DNA of 64,000 nucleotides from a virus. The stretch lies in IMG/VR virus record IMGVR_UViG_3300045988_137103; one strand, written 5' to 3'. A model generated the notes under the pieces. The model did no database searches. It was not told the origin of the DNA and was given only the letters and a program-made list of their open reading frames with translations. Made by a program: the position numbers and the translations under genes. This document shows, in pieces, positions 20,062-29,174 of the stretch; positions within the stretch are counted from its first letter, which is position 1, and each line of letters begins with the position of its first letter.

Positions 20062-21357
20062 TTACTTTCTTCTCGATGGTGGAACCTTGCTTCCACCGCC
20101 CCTACGTGAAGGAGGAACCTTACTGCCACCTCTGCCTCTACGAGAAGGAGGAGTTCGGTCAAACTTCATCTGAGCCTTTGCCCATCTTGAAGCCTGCTGG
20201 CGGTTCTTCTCGTTAGCCCAGGTTCCACCCCTGCCATCATTTCCACCGATAGACATACCATTATTCTCTGCCCACTTGTTTACAAGTTTCTTAAACTTCG
20301 GGTCATTAACATACTGGGTGTTGAAATCGTCAGCCTCTTTCTGGTTGGCATTTTTCTGATTCTGTCCCTCGGTTTGCGAATTGATATGCCTTACTTGCGC
20401 TCCCTTAACGACAACGCTAGCATTATGGTCGGCTGCTCCGGCATTGGCATTGTTTGCTTGAGCATCAAGTAATTTTCCCTTCTTGCCTCTCAAAGCATCC
20501 TCAGTCTCCTTCTTAGAAGTACTAAGTGCAGCCTGTGCGGCAGCAGCATTGCCTCTCTCTTTCTCCGTCTGAACCTTAACAGGAGTAAGAGCATCCTCTT
20601 GTGCTTTCTGTGAGCCACGATAAGCAGCCAGAGCCTCATTAGCCTTTACAGCAGCCTCTGCTTGCATCTGTGCTTGCTTGTTTTGTCTATCCTTCCAGAT
20701 ATTCACCATCATCTGTTTATATCCCTTGGCACGAAGAGCATCAGTAGCCTCTCTTATCTTGCGCTGGCGATCAGTAAGGTCTTGCGCTGATTCTATCTTC
20801 TGCGATGGAGCACCTTGAACTGTACCAAAGAAATTACCCAAGTGCATGAAAAGGTTACCCCATTGTTCCCATTTGGCTTGCTTTTCTGCCTTCTTTTGCA
20901 GAGCTGCATTTGACGCCACGGTTTTATCCGCATCACCAAGTGAAGAGAGCCAAGGCATGAAGGCAGACCAGTTTCCATCACCATTCTTCTGGTAGTCCCT
21001 CATGATGTCATACGGCTTCATCTGCTGCAAGATAGGATTCTGCTCTATCTCGGCATAAGGCCTGCTCCAGTCGATTGTGATACCTGTATTAGGCGTTACT
21101 TTAGTAACAGCTTCTGCTGGCTGTTCTGCGAAAGATTCATGACCGGCATTCCCAGTAATACCAGTAGTATCAATAGCTGTATTCTTAACTGGTTCTGTAG
21201 GTGTAGTATCAATAGCCGTATTATTCACCTGCTCAGTAGTCGTATTCTGAACAGGTGTTTCTTCCGGCTGATCCACATTATCAGAAGAAAAATCAGTAAA
21301 AGGAGTTGTTGCTGTTGCCGGGCGTTTAGGAGTTAAATCATCAAAAGTAAATCCCAT
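20062..21357 (-). CDS. Low-complexity virion-type protein (431 aa) with a C-terminal KVPPSRRGGGS tandem repeat
   Basis: ORF immediately upstream of the giant ORF. Has a Thr/Asn-rich N-terminus with duplicated NTAIDTT, an Ala/Gln/Lys coiled-coil-like middle, and three PPSRR(G)n SKV units at the C-terminus. Confidence 0.65.
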   Translation of the reverse strand: MGFTFDDLTPKRPATATTPFTDFSSDNVDQPEETPVQNTTTEQVNNTAIDTTPTEPVKNTAIDTTGITGNAGHESFAEQPAEAVTKVTPNTGITIDWSRPYAEIEQNPILQQMKPYDIMRDYQKNGDGNWSAFMPWLSSLGDADKTVASNAALQKKAEKQAKWEQWGNLFMHLGNFFGTVQGAPSQKIESAQDLTDRQRKIREATDALRAKGYKQMMVNIWKDRQNKQAQMQAEAAVKANEALAAYRGSQKAQEDALTPVKVQTEKERGNAAAAQAALSTSKKETEDALRGKKGKLLDAQANNANAGAADHNASVVVKGAQVRHINSQTEGQNQKNANQKEADDFNTQYVNDPKFKKLVNKWAENNGMSIGGNDGRGGTWANEKNRQQASRWAKAQMKFDRTPPSRRGRGGSKVPPSRRGGGSKVPPSRRK

Positions 21358-21371
21358 AATAACCTCCTTTT

Positions 21372-21875
21372 TTAAATTGGTAACTTACTTGCTGCTCCAG
21401 CCAATCCACCAGCAGCATCTGTGATACCCTGTGCAGTAGAAAGAGCTTTCTCCTTCTTGGCAGTGGCGATGTAGTTAGTCATCTGGTCTATCTGCGAATC
21501 AGCAGTATTCCAGACATTTTCTTTCGTTTGAGCACCTTGCACGGCAGCCTCTTGCATCATCTTGCCAACCTGTTCTTGGGCAGCCTGCTTACTCAGCGCA
21601 ACAGATTCATCTGAGCCGCCACTAACAATATTGGTATTCTTTGCTGTCTGCGTAGCATTATCCAATACCTTCTGGGCATTGGTCACGGCAACCTGATTCT
21701 CAGCAGACTGAGTAGGATCCTGGTAATACAAATTGTCCCGATGATCCTTCACCTGTTGCATACGGTCTTGAAACATTTTGATATATTCATTATATCCCTT
21801 GTTTCTTGCTTTGGCTGCTAGAGCACCACCTACAGCAGAGGTTACTCCACCAGCAATACTTCCTATTAATCCCAT
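21372..21875 (-). CDS. Gly/Ala-rich small protein (167 aa), possible internal or pilot-type protein
   Basis: First gene of the minus-strand operon. Gly/Ala-rich hydrophobic N- and C-termini (MGLIGSIAGGVTSAVGGALAA ... AAGGLAGAASKLPI). Confidence 0.6.
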   Translation of the reverse strand: MGLIGSIAGGVTSAVGGALAAKARNKGYNEYIKMFQDRMQQVKDHRDNLYYQDPTQSAENQVAVTNAQKVLDNATQTAKNTNIVSGGSDESVALSKQAAQEQVGKMMQEAAVQGAQTKENVWNTADSQIDQMTNYIATAKKEKALSTAQGITDAAGGLAGAASKLPI

Positions 21876-21933
21876 AAAATTCGAATTTTAATGTTTAAAC
21901 TGTTCAAAAGTAATGCGTTTTTTGCAAAGGTTA

Positions 21934-21950
21934 TTGATAAATTGCGCAAC
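21934..21950. promoter_or_regulatory. TGATAAATTGCGCAAC motif in the divergent promoter region
   Basis: TTGATAAATTGCGCAAC, nearly identical to the copy at 45774. TActTTTG and TAtaTTTG -7 boxes lie on either side, facing the 21875 (-) and 22027 (+) genes. Confidence 0.5.
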
Positions 21951-22026
21951 TCAAACACCCATATATGATATTTTTCTGTATATTTGCACCCGAAAACTAT
22001 CAGTAAACATTAAAAATCAATAGAAT

Positions 22027-22410
22027 ATGGCAGTAAAACAAGAAAATAATAATGAGCCAAAGCCAAAAAGGAAGAAGACTGGCGGACGCAAGGCAGGCAC
22101 ACCTAATAAGGTTACCAAAAGTGTTCGTGAAAGTCTACGTGATGCCCTTACTGGCTACATCAATGGTATCAATGAGAAGAACTATTCTCTTTTCACGGAT
22201 CTCATGCAGATTCAAGAGCCTGCCGGACGTCTGGCGATGGTGGCAAAGTTCCTTCCATACGTGGCTCCTAAACTCCAGTCTGTATCGTTCAATAATGATG
22301 AATCCAGAAACTTATCTGTGGAGGAATCTTTCATGCAGTTGGAAGAGAAATTTGAGAAACAAGAAACCACTATCAACATCAAAAATCTCAAAATTGTTAA
22401 TAATGGCTAA
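22027..22410 (+). CDS. Hypothetical protein with a basic N-terminus (127 aa)
   Basis: KPKRKKTGGRKAGTPNKVTK N-terminus suggests nucleic-acid binding. The alternative-frame ORF 22052-22543 looks spurious. Confidence 0.55.
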   Translation: MAVKQENNNEPKPKRKKTGGRKAGTPNKVTKSVRESLRDALTGYINGINEKNYSLFTDLMQIQEPAGRLAMVAKFLPYVAPKLQSVSFNNDESRNLSVEESFMQLEEKFEKQETTINIKNLKIVNNG

Positions 22411-22543
22411 TTATAAAAAATGGGTAGCCCTCTCTAAATTTTCTTCAACTTTAGAGAAGACTACCCTTGACTTGGTTATCGAGCAAAAACGCTCTATTTT
22501 AACTTATATTGGGTCAATTTTAATCTGTATTAACACAAAATAG

Positions 22544-24007
22544 CTATTTTATGTCCCTGACTCGTTCAAAGTACTTCGTCTGGTCCTTGGTGATATTCTT
22601 CACCTTGATCTGTATCGTGCAGTTCTTAGGCACAGTATCATTTATGCTGGCCATGAGCTGCTCTATTATCTCATCTGTGTTCTTGTAGCCCTTGCCATCC
22701 ACATGAGCCACAACCTCGCCCATGAAGTAGGCATCAGCACAAAGTTCAAACGTCTCCTCGACCTTATCAAATTCAGGCACATGATACTCCTGCATTCGCC
22801 TGCTTGGATCATTGGTAAAGAAGACCTTCTCCACCACCTTCTCATTTAGTTCCCAAGCCCTAGAGAAATCTGGCTTCACATATCCGCTTGTTATCCTATG
22901 AGCTGTTGCATGATTCATAGCAAAGCCAATCTCTGCATAGTTGGCACCAATATCATTCTGGGCTACTGTGGCCCAAGTGTGCCGGAATGTATAAGGAGTA
23001 TAAAAATTATCATCAGGCATACCCAAATAGTTCTTACAGATAGCTTTAATGAAATGTACCAAATTCGTATCCATAGAACGATTAGTGGAATACATTTTAT
23101 GAAAAATAAATAGATAAGGGTCACTTTCCTCAGAAAAATATTTCTCCAAGGTTGGTAAAAGCATATCCGGCACCCTCATTTCTATATACGCTTTATCATA
23201 ACGACGCGTACTTGTTTTCTTTCTCTCATAGTGCAAGATTCCATCATAATAGTCCACCTTTTTCATTTTCATGAGGTCAGCTACATTGATGCCAGCCAAG
23301 CACAATATCATCTTGCAAACATCCAGAGCCAACTGCTGCCGTGGATATTCAGGAGTAACGGCAAAAAACTTTCTACACTCCTCCAGCGATATGGCACGCT
23401 TGTGTGGACCTGCTTTTTTCTCTATCTTTATCTTATTCCAAGGATTGAATTTTATTGGCATAAGACCTGCCTCCTCATCATTAAATTTCTTGATACCTTC
23501 CAAATAAATACGCTTAACCAAAGAAGGATAATAATTTCTGCTACTAGGCTTATTCTCCATGGTTTTCATCCATGCTGTCAGAAAACGTACAGTTAAGTGC
23601 GAAAACATTACCTTATCAGTACCAGCAAAGTTTTCCAAATGTTTCAAAGCACTTTCATAAATTTGGCGTGATGAAGGCTGCAAAGAAAGTGATTGAAGAT
23701 AAGAACGAGCAAATTCAGAAAAACAAATATCCTGGGCAGAAGTCAAAAGGTAATCTCTAACCTTATAAACAGACCAGTCAGTTATATCAAGTCTGTTCAA
23801 TTTGTCAACCCAGCCATTTATTTGGCTCATACAGGCTGCGAGCACGAATGAGTCCTTCACCTCTTTCGTGCCCTTAACCAATCCTTTGTCTGTTACAAAC
23901 TTATCGGTCTTAACTACCAACTTTTGACGGTTATGCAGTATTCTAATGTAAACTGGATAATAACCATCAGAACGTTTCTTTGAAACTACCACTTTAAATG
24001 TTGCCAT
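22544..24007 (-). CDS. int: Tyrosine recombinase / phage integrase
   Basis: N-terminal arm-binding-type region MATFKVVVSKKRSDGYYPVYIRI. C-terminal catalytic region ...YTFRHTWATVA...AMNHATAHRITSGYV (R...HxxR...Y). Start moved to the Met at 24007. Confidence 0.85.
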   Translation of the reverse strand: MATFKVVVSKKRSDGYYPVYIRILHNRQKLVVKTDKFVTDKGLVKGTKEVKDSFVLAACMSQINGWVDKLNRLDITDWSVYKVRDYLLTSAQDICFSEFARSYLQSLSLQPSSRQIYESALKHLENFAGTDKVMFSHLTVRFLTAWMKTMENKPSSRNYYPSLVKRIYLEGIKKFNDEEAGLMPIKFNPWNKIKIEKKAGPHKRAISLEECRKFFAVTPEYPRQQLALDVCKMILCLAGINVADLMKMKKVDYYDGILHYERKKTSTRRYDKAYIEMRVPDMLLPTLEKYFSEESDPYLFIFHKMYSTNRSMDTNLVHFIKAICKNYLGMPDDNFYTPYTFRHTWATVAQNDIGANYAEIGFAMNHATAHRITSGYVKPDFSRAWELNEKVVEKVFFTNDPSRRMQEYHVPEFDKVEETFELCADAYFMGEVVAHVDGKGYKNTDEIIEQLMASINDTVPKNCTIQIKVKNITKDQTKYFERVRDIK

Positions 24008-24270
24008 ATTACCATATTTTTTTGCAACTGTTTTGCAACATTGCATTGCACATGTCCTATTTAACGTGTCAAACGTAAAATTTTAGCACGAAGATAAGTG
24101 CTTATACATCAATACATTAGATATATATAGCTGATATTCAGATAATTATCAAAAACCATGATATAAAATCACAGTTTTAATCATATTACCCTTTATTTAC
24201 TAATACCCTATAATGTAGTGCGCAACTATCTTGCAACACATTGCGATTTATTATTTACTAAATTATTTTT

Positions 24271-24465
24271 CTATTTTCCACACCAGCCACACAAGGTTTT
24301 GACTTGATCAATGGCACTAGCCTCATCTGTAAAAGTTATCTTGCCTGTACTTCTCTTAAGAGCTGGGCAATTTCTGTCCTTGTGGTACCGCTTAGAACCT
24401 GGACTGTCTGATACATAGTCTGCAAGCGTGTGAGGTCTCATTCTTTCAGCTAACGGTTCACTCAT
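24271..24465 (-). CDS. Small Cys-containing protein (64 aa)
   Basis: ORF in the lysogeny module. YHKDRNCPALKR...CGWCGK suggests a small zinc-binding fold. Confidence 0.45.
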   Translation of the reverse strand: MSEPLAERMRPHTLADYVSDSPGSKRYHKDRNCPALKRSTGKITFTDEASAIDQVKTLCGWCGK

Positions 24466-24515
24466 AGTAATATCCTATAATCACTATAGTTTTGAAGCAT
24501 TTCTCTAAACTATCT

Positions 24516-25142
24516 CTATTCTTTTGATAAATCAAAGATATAAATGTTTCCATTAACAGGAACCTTCACTATCAAGTTCTGAGCCTTTGGATTCTTCGCC
24601 ACAACCATACCATAGCGCATTTGACCGGCATTGATAGTTACACGCTTGAAGTATCTGCTATTGATACTTGCCTCTGCTTGTGCCCTAGCCTCATCATTAG
24701 CGTTAGTTACAATCTGTGCTTTAGTCTCGATGGTCGTAGTCTTGCCATCAGCTCCTTTAACATTAGTGCTTACAGACTGCTCCTCTACATTATTTGGACC
24801 CCATAACAGAATCCTTGTCTTTTCTTTCTTTACCCATTCATCACAAGTGTACACTTCGCAAGACTCAGTCTTATTCTTGTTAATAGCCTCAACTTGTATT
24901 TTTGATGGGTCAAAGTTAAATCTATTCTTACTCTGGTTAATAATCGAAACATAAAACTCCTGATGTTTGGTTATCTTCCGATCATCTTTTTTAGAGACAA
25001 CAACTATTACACCATCATCACCATCAACCTGTATACCTTTATTACCTGATTCATAGCCGACAGTATACTTCTCAAATGTTTTCTGTGCCATTACAGGAAC
25101 ACTCAAAAGAAACATTGAAAGAGCAAATAAAATCTTCTTCAT
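24516..25142 (-). CDS. Secreted/periplasmic protein (208 aa), moron candidate
   Basis: N-terminal signal peptide MKKILFALSMFLLSVPVMAQ. Located between the integrase and the repressor. Confidence 0.6.
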   Translation of the reverse strand: MKKILFALSMFLLSVPVMAQKTFEKYTVGYESGNKGIQVDGDDGVIVVVSKKDDRKITKHQEFYVSIINQSKNRFNFDPSKIQVEAINKNKTESCEVYTCDEWVKKEKTRILLWGPNNVEEQSVSTNVKGADGKTTTIETKAQIVTNANDEARAQAEASINSRYFKRVTINAGQMRYGMVVAKNPKAQNLIVKVPVNGNIYIFDLSKE

Positions 25143-25189
25143 ATCTTAATCCTTTTGAAATTTAACTATATATCATTTACCGCACCAGC

Positions 25190-25930
25190 CTATTTTAAAA
25201 GAGAAGCATCAAATACTTTCTTTGGAGGAAAGGATGTGCTAATATGATAAACCTTACCTGTCTCATTGTCTAAAACATACCTATCCTGTAAAGTATATCT
25301 TTTGTTACTATCCATGATAGTTTTATTATTCAACAAAAAGATGCAGCAACAATATATAAATACAGAAGCTACAATCATACTTAGCACCATATAGTAATAT
25401 TTGAGCCAATTTTGCCCAGAATGTGTATCAATTTTATAAAGATGAAAAATTCTATTCATAACACTTTTAGAGTTTAATTTATTACCGAAGCACTCCCAAT
25501 ACCTACTAGTTATATGCATAACTGCAGTCATTTTCCGATAATCGGGATTGAAGTGGGTAAAAATAGATATACTCAACAAAGGGTTCAAATATCCATATTT
25601 TATTGCATCATGATTCGATGAAGAATTGTTAATAACAAACAAATTGGAATCCAGCATCCCCATTAATACATTTACCGCATCCCATACATTTGCAGTTCTG
25701 TCTGTGCAACTTTCAATTGTTATATCGACACATTTATTATTGTCGAATTTATATAATATTGAAACATACAGATTGGCATTTATCTTGTAACTAGGGATAA
25801 TAATTTCAATCATATCAGTTTTGCCATCATATAAAGAAGCGATTTCCATTACGTGCTGAAAATCGTCACCTATCGTGATTCCTAAAACTGTTACATTGCC
25901 ATTAGAATAGCAATTTATAAAATTCTTCAT
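25190..25930 (-). CDS. Membrane-anchored hypothetical protein (246 aa), moron candidate
   Basis: One strong TM segment (YYYMVLSMIVASVFIYCCCIFLL). The local sequence is visibly AT-richer than its neighbours. Confidence 0.55.
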   Translation of the reverse strand: MKNFINCYSNGNVTVLGITIGDDFQHVMEIASLYDGKTDMIEIIIPSYKINANLYVSILYKFDNNKCVDITIESCTDRTANVWDAVNVLMGMLDSNLFVINNSSSNHDAIKYGYLNPLLSISIFTHFNPDYRKMTAVMHITSRYWECFGNKLNSKSVMNRIFHLYKIDTHSGQNWLKYYYMVLSMIVASVFIYCCCIFLLNNKTIMDSNKRYTLQDRYVLDNETGKVYHISTSFPPKKVFDASLLK

Positions 25931-25946
25931 TCCTTTCTCATTTTAA

Positions 25947-26276
25947 TTATCCTACATGTACCTGGCTTCTAGCCGAAAGACCCTGAATCTCCCTCAGCAC
26001 CTTATTTTCCGCTCTTAGAGCTATTACTTCTCGTTCCAATTCATTCATATCTACTACACTTCTATTGGACAAAGAAGGCGTTTTCTTATCTGAACTAAAA
26101 AACTCAGCAACATCTACACCAAGGACTTCAGCAAGGTTTTCAACTGTACTAACCTTCACATCAGCACCGTTCAGAAGGTTATCCAACGTAGTTCGACTAA
26201 CCTTCATCCTAGAAGCAATATCAATTTTGCTAAGTTTGTTGGACGTTATGATGTCCACTATTCTTTGCACATTCAT
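25947..26276 (-). CDS. XRE-family HTH repressor (CI-like)
   Basis: LSKIDIASRMKVSRTTLDNLLNGADVKVSTVENLAEVLGV is a classic HTH_3 pattern. Divergent from the + strand early genes. Confidence 0.75.
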   Translation of the reverse strand: MNVQRIVDIITSNKLSKIDIASRMKVSRTTLDNLLNGADVKVSTVENLAEVLGVDVAEFFSSDKKTPSLSNRSVVDMNELEREVIALRAENKVLREIQGLSARSQVHVG

Positions 26277-26421
26277 ATTAAAATCCTTTAAATGTTCAAC
26301 AAAGTGGGTTAATATATACTAATAATGCCCACCAAACCATACACTTTCAAAAAGTTTATTGTACTTTTGCACCGTAAAGTTAGTAAATAAATAAATAAGT
26401 ACCAAATAAATTTGAAGAAAA

Positions 26422-26844
26422 ATGAAGAATGAAGATAAAAAAGTTCCAGATGCGCCTAAAAGGTTATGGGTTTTTCCATATCATTTAAATCGGTTAGGAG
26501 GCCTAGTATATGCATATGGGCATTCCTATAAAGAATATTGGGAAGGGCATGAATATCCAAAGAATTTGGATAAAGATGTGGAATACGTCAGCCTCAGCCA
26601 ATCTTGGCATAAGGCAAAGGAAGTTCCAAAAGATTTGCACACCTATATCATTGGTGTTTCCAAAAACTTCACTCATCCGGTTCTTATTGACTTAGAAAAG
26701 AAATGCCTGCATAAGTTTTATGATGCTGTCAAAATAAGCGATAAGATGAAGTGGAACGGAATCATCCGGAAAGATTTTCGCTTCGCTTACTGGGCTTACA
26801 TTAGGGACTTAGTTCCTACTATTGAGGAAGGAGGCACAAAATGA
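26422..26844 (+). CDS. Hypothetical early protein (140 aa)
   Basis: First ORF of the + strand block, divergent from the repressor. Confidence 0.6.
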   Translation: MKNEDKKVPDAPKRLWVFPYHLNRLGGLVYAYGHSYKEYWEGHEYPKNLDKDVEYVSLSQSWHKAKEVPKDLHTYIIGVSKNFTHPVLIDLEKKCLHKFYDAVKISDKMKWNGIIRKDFRFAYWAYIRDLVPTIEEGGTK

Positions 26845-27011
26845 AAAAGAATAAAGCTCTATTCCTCGATATTATGCTCAATAACAGATTTGTATGCACA
26901 CTGAAATACATGTATTGTCCATTGTTCGTGATAAGATACGAGGAGTTATTAAAGTTTGTTCTCGATAAGAGGCCATCTTTGAAAGGCAAACCATTCAGAA
27001 TAATGTTTTGA
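26841..27011 (+). CDS. Small hypothetical protein (56 aa)
   Basis: ATGA start/stop overlap with the upstream gene. Too short for the ORF track, so translated by hand (MKKNKALFLDIMLNNRF...). Confidence 0.4.
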   Translation: MKKNKALFLDIMLNNRFVCTLKYMYCPLFVIRYEELLKFVLDKRPSLKGKPFRIMF

Positions 27012-27033
27012 AACAACAAACGAAATCAGGCGT

Positions 27034-27618
27034 ATGAAAAAGATAATGTTCAATGACCAGTACGGTCTCACCGAAGCCGTTCTAGATGGTCGCAAGACTC
27101 AAACCAGAAGAATCGCTTACGAAAAGCCTTTCAAGTATTACTGCAATTGCGGTTTCTATATGGAAGGAAAAGACAAAGGCAAACTCGCCATCAATGATGG
27201 AAATGAGATTGTAGCAAAGTCCACTTATAAAATAGGTGAAGTCGTAGCAGTCGCACAAAGATACAGCGATATTCCGTATATCAAAGAACTACACCCAAGG
27301 ATAAATACTTCCGAAGGATGGGGAAACAAGATGTTTGTGAAGTCTGATTTGATGCCTCATCAAATCAAAATTACCAAAATTTGGTGTGAAAGACTTCAGT
27401 ACATCAGCACCGATGACTGCATGAAGGAAGGAATCTTATGTTGTCACATGGAATGGTATCATGATACCTATTCATACGATGCCACTAACGATAGCAAACG
27501 TAAGAAATGGTGGTACAATACTCCTATCGAAGCATACAAAATGCTTAGCTGTAAACTTCACCTCCATTGGGATGCCAATCCTCTCGTTTTCGTTTACGAT
27601 TTCAAACTAGTAAAATAA
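27034..27618 (+). CDS. ASCH-domain-like protein (194 aa)
   Basis: N-terminus MFNDQYGLTEAVLDGRKTQTRR matches the ASCH pattern (M.F...y...I..G.KT.E.R). Confidence 0.55.
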   Translation: MKKIMFNDQYGLTEAVLDGRKTQTRRIAYEKPFKYYCNCGFYMEGKDKGKLAINDGNEIVAKSTYKIGEVVAVAQRYSDIPYIKELHPRINTSEGWGNKMFVKSDLMPHQIKITKIWCERLQYISTDDCMKEGILCCHMEWYHDTYSYDATNDSKRKKWWYNTPIEAYKMLSCKLHLHWDANPLVFVYDFKLVK

Positions 27619-27636
27619 TAATTAAAATCAAGCAAT

Positions 27637-27828
27637 ATGTCAGAAGAAAAAGTACCACTCAGACCTCAGATCAGAGAACTGGAGCTGGGTAAATCAATTT
27701 CATTCCCTATCAGAAGAATGAGAACGATCAAAACAACCTGCTCGGAATTAGGTGTAATTTACTGTCGTAAGTTCAGAACCAAAATCAACCGGGAGAAAGA
27801 GATCATCACAGTTACAAGAACAAAATAA
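27637..27828 (+). CDS. Hypothetical protein (63 aa)
   Basis: ORF in the co-directional gene array. Confidence 0.5.
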   Translation: MSEEKVPLRPQIRELELGKSISFPIRRMRTIKTTCSELGVIYCRKFRTKINREKEIITVTRTK

Positions 27829-27839
27829 AAACAATAGTC

Positions 27840-28139
27840 ATGAACGAAGTAGTACAAATCCAGTTTGCAGATAAGATGCTATCCTTTGATACATTCCTGT
27901 CAGCCATACGTAACGTTGTGAAAGAAGAAGTCTGCAAGGCTGTGGGTAAACGTCCGTTCCTCACACAAGCCAAGGCATACGACATCTACGGAAGAAAAAA
28001 CGTAGAGCGATGGAAACGTGAAGGAAAGGTGAAGGATTTTGCTAGAGGCAGAAATGGCAAAATTACTCGCCACGAATACAAAGTATCAGAGCTGGAAGCT
28101 TGTGCCTGCCAAGTTCAAGATTATCTGTGTCCCAAATAA
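27840..28139 (+). CDS. Hypothetical protein (99 aa)
   Basis: ORF in the co-directional gene array. Confidence 0.55.
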   Translation: MNEVVQIQFADKMLSFDTFLSAIRNVVKEEVCKAVGKRPFLTQAKAYDIYGRKNVERWKREGKVKDFARGRNGKITRHEYKVSELEACACQVQDYLCPK

Positions 28140-28200
28140 GATTTTACTTTTAGGATAGATATAAGGCTGATATTGATTAGTACAAATTATGCGAAACTAT

Positions 28201-28338
28201 GGTAGGTAACAGTTGCTTTGCCCATTGGGGGCGATGTTCAAGTTATAACGTTTAAATTACTTCTATGGGTGTTAATCAAAAAAGACTGCGAAAAAGGACT
28301 AAGCAGCCGGGCACGGGGTTCGAATCCCTTTACCTACC
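28201..28338 (+). ncRNA. tRNA-like structured RNA (acceptor-like stem plus canonical T-arm, no cloverleaf)
   Basis: 5' GGTAGGTAA (28201-28209) pairs perfectly with TTACCTACC (28330-28338). Immediately 5' of the 3' strand is GGGG-TTCGAAT-CCCT (T-loop consensus). Sits in a 230-nt ORF-free gap. The interior about 105 nt does not fold as D/anticodon arms. Confidence 0.4.
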
Positions 28339-28369
28339 GCAAATATAAACAATATAAAAAGATAAAGTT

Positions 28370-28588
28370 ATGAAAACAATTAAGATCTTCTTCTGCATTG
28401 CCATCTGGCTAGTCCTTGGATGGCTCTGCCTCAGTAAACTCTCTCAGGGCATTCATGATGAGAACCTCATTTCACAGATGCCTCAGAGCACCTATGATGA
28501 GATAGTAGATACTCTTACCACTCGTAATGGCTTTCAGCCTACTGAACATCAGATAGTAACTTACTATTATGAGCGATTCCAGAAGTAA
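28370..28588 (+). CDS. Small membrane protein (72 aa)
   Basis: N-terminal TM segment IFFCIAIWLVLGWLCL. Confidence 0.5.
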   Translation: MKTIKIFFCIAIWLVLGWLCLSKLSQGIHDENLISQMPQSTYDEIVDTLTTRNGFQPTEHQIVTYYYERFQK

Positions 28589-28706
28589 GAGCTATGCAGC
28601 TCGCAAGTGCCTCCTCTGCCCTGATGTGCGTAATTGCATCAATGGCAAGTATTGCCTAAAGTACAAAAGGTACGTGCAGCATCAGGAGAAACTGCCGTGT
28701 GAATGA
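28569..28706 (+). CDS. Small Cys-rich protein (45 aa)
   Basis: Hand translation MSDSRSKSYAARKCLLCPDVRNCINGKYCLKYKRYVQHQEKLPCE. Overlaps the upstream gene by 20 nt. Confidence 0.35.
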   Translation: MSDSRSKSYAARKCLLCPDVRNCINGKYCLKYKRYVQHQEKLPCE

Positions 28707-28737
28707 AAAGTAGATTAACTAATAAACAGTTAGCAAT

Positions 28738-28953
28738 ATGGATAAACAAAAATTAGAAAGAGCAAAAGATATTGAATCTTTATTGTCCAAATTAAATAGT
28801 GTAGATTTTTGGTCGAGAAATAAAAACACTACTGACATTCTAGGAAATTATCTTTATCATTTATGCTACAGAGATAAAGAATTCGGTGGCAAGTTACACC
28901 AGCTTATTTCTGAAACTATAAATAGATTAAAAAAAGAGCTTGATGAACTTTAG
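28738..28953 (+). CDS. Hypothetical protein (71 aa)
   Basis: ORF in the co-directional array. Confidence 0.5.
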   Translation: MDKQKLERAKDIESLLSKLNSVDFWSRNKNTTDILGNYLYHLCYRDKEFGGKLHQLISETINRLKKELDEL

Positions 28954-29174
28954 TAGTAACCACCCTATCCTGCAATAGGGAGAGGGTAAAAAGAAGATAA
29001 TATGGCAAAAATGAATGTAACAGAAAAGGACTTTGAAGCTTTCTTACAAGCTACAGAATCCCTTATGTCTATGTCTGGTACTTTAGATGAAGGATTCGAT
29101 GAAGAAGTTCATGCTATAAACAGGCAGTTCAAAAGTTTTGAACGAAGATACTTAAAGGCAAAGGAGAATAAGAA

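Noticed and set aside
22052-22543. 163-aa + strand ORF overlapping 22027-22410 in another frame
   Set aside because: Its composition is Ser/Leu/Arg/Trp-rich, and it runs through the hairpin-containing intergenic region toward the integrase stop. The 127-aa frame looks like the genuine protein.
24047-24270. attP core next to the integrase
   Set aside because: The AT-rich region beside int is a plausible location, but without the bacterial attB or prophage junctions I cannot identify a core sequence. No direct repeat pair that would delimit a prophage is visible in the window.
28201-28341. Canonical tRNA or tmRNA gene
   Set aside because: The acceptor stem and T-arm are good, but no D or anticodon arm can be drawn, with or without an anticodon-loop intron. 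For tmRNA it is too short (about 140 nt), lacks G3:U70 and has no plausible tag reading frame beyond a 5-codon GCG-ATG-TTC-AAG-TTA-TAA. Reported only as tRNA-like.
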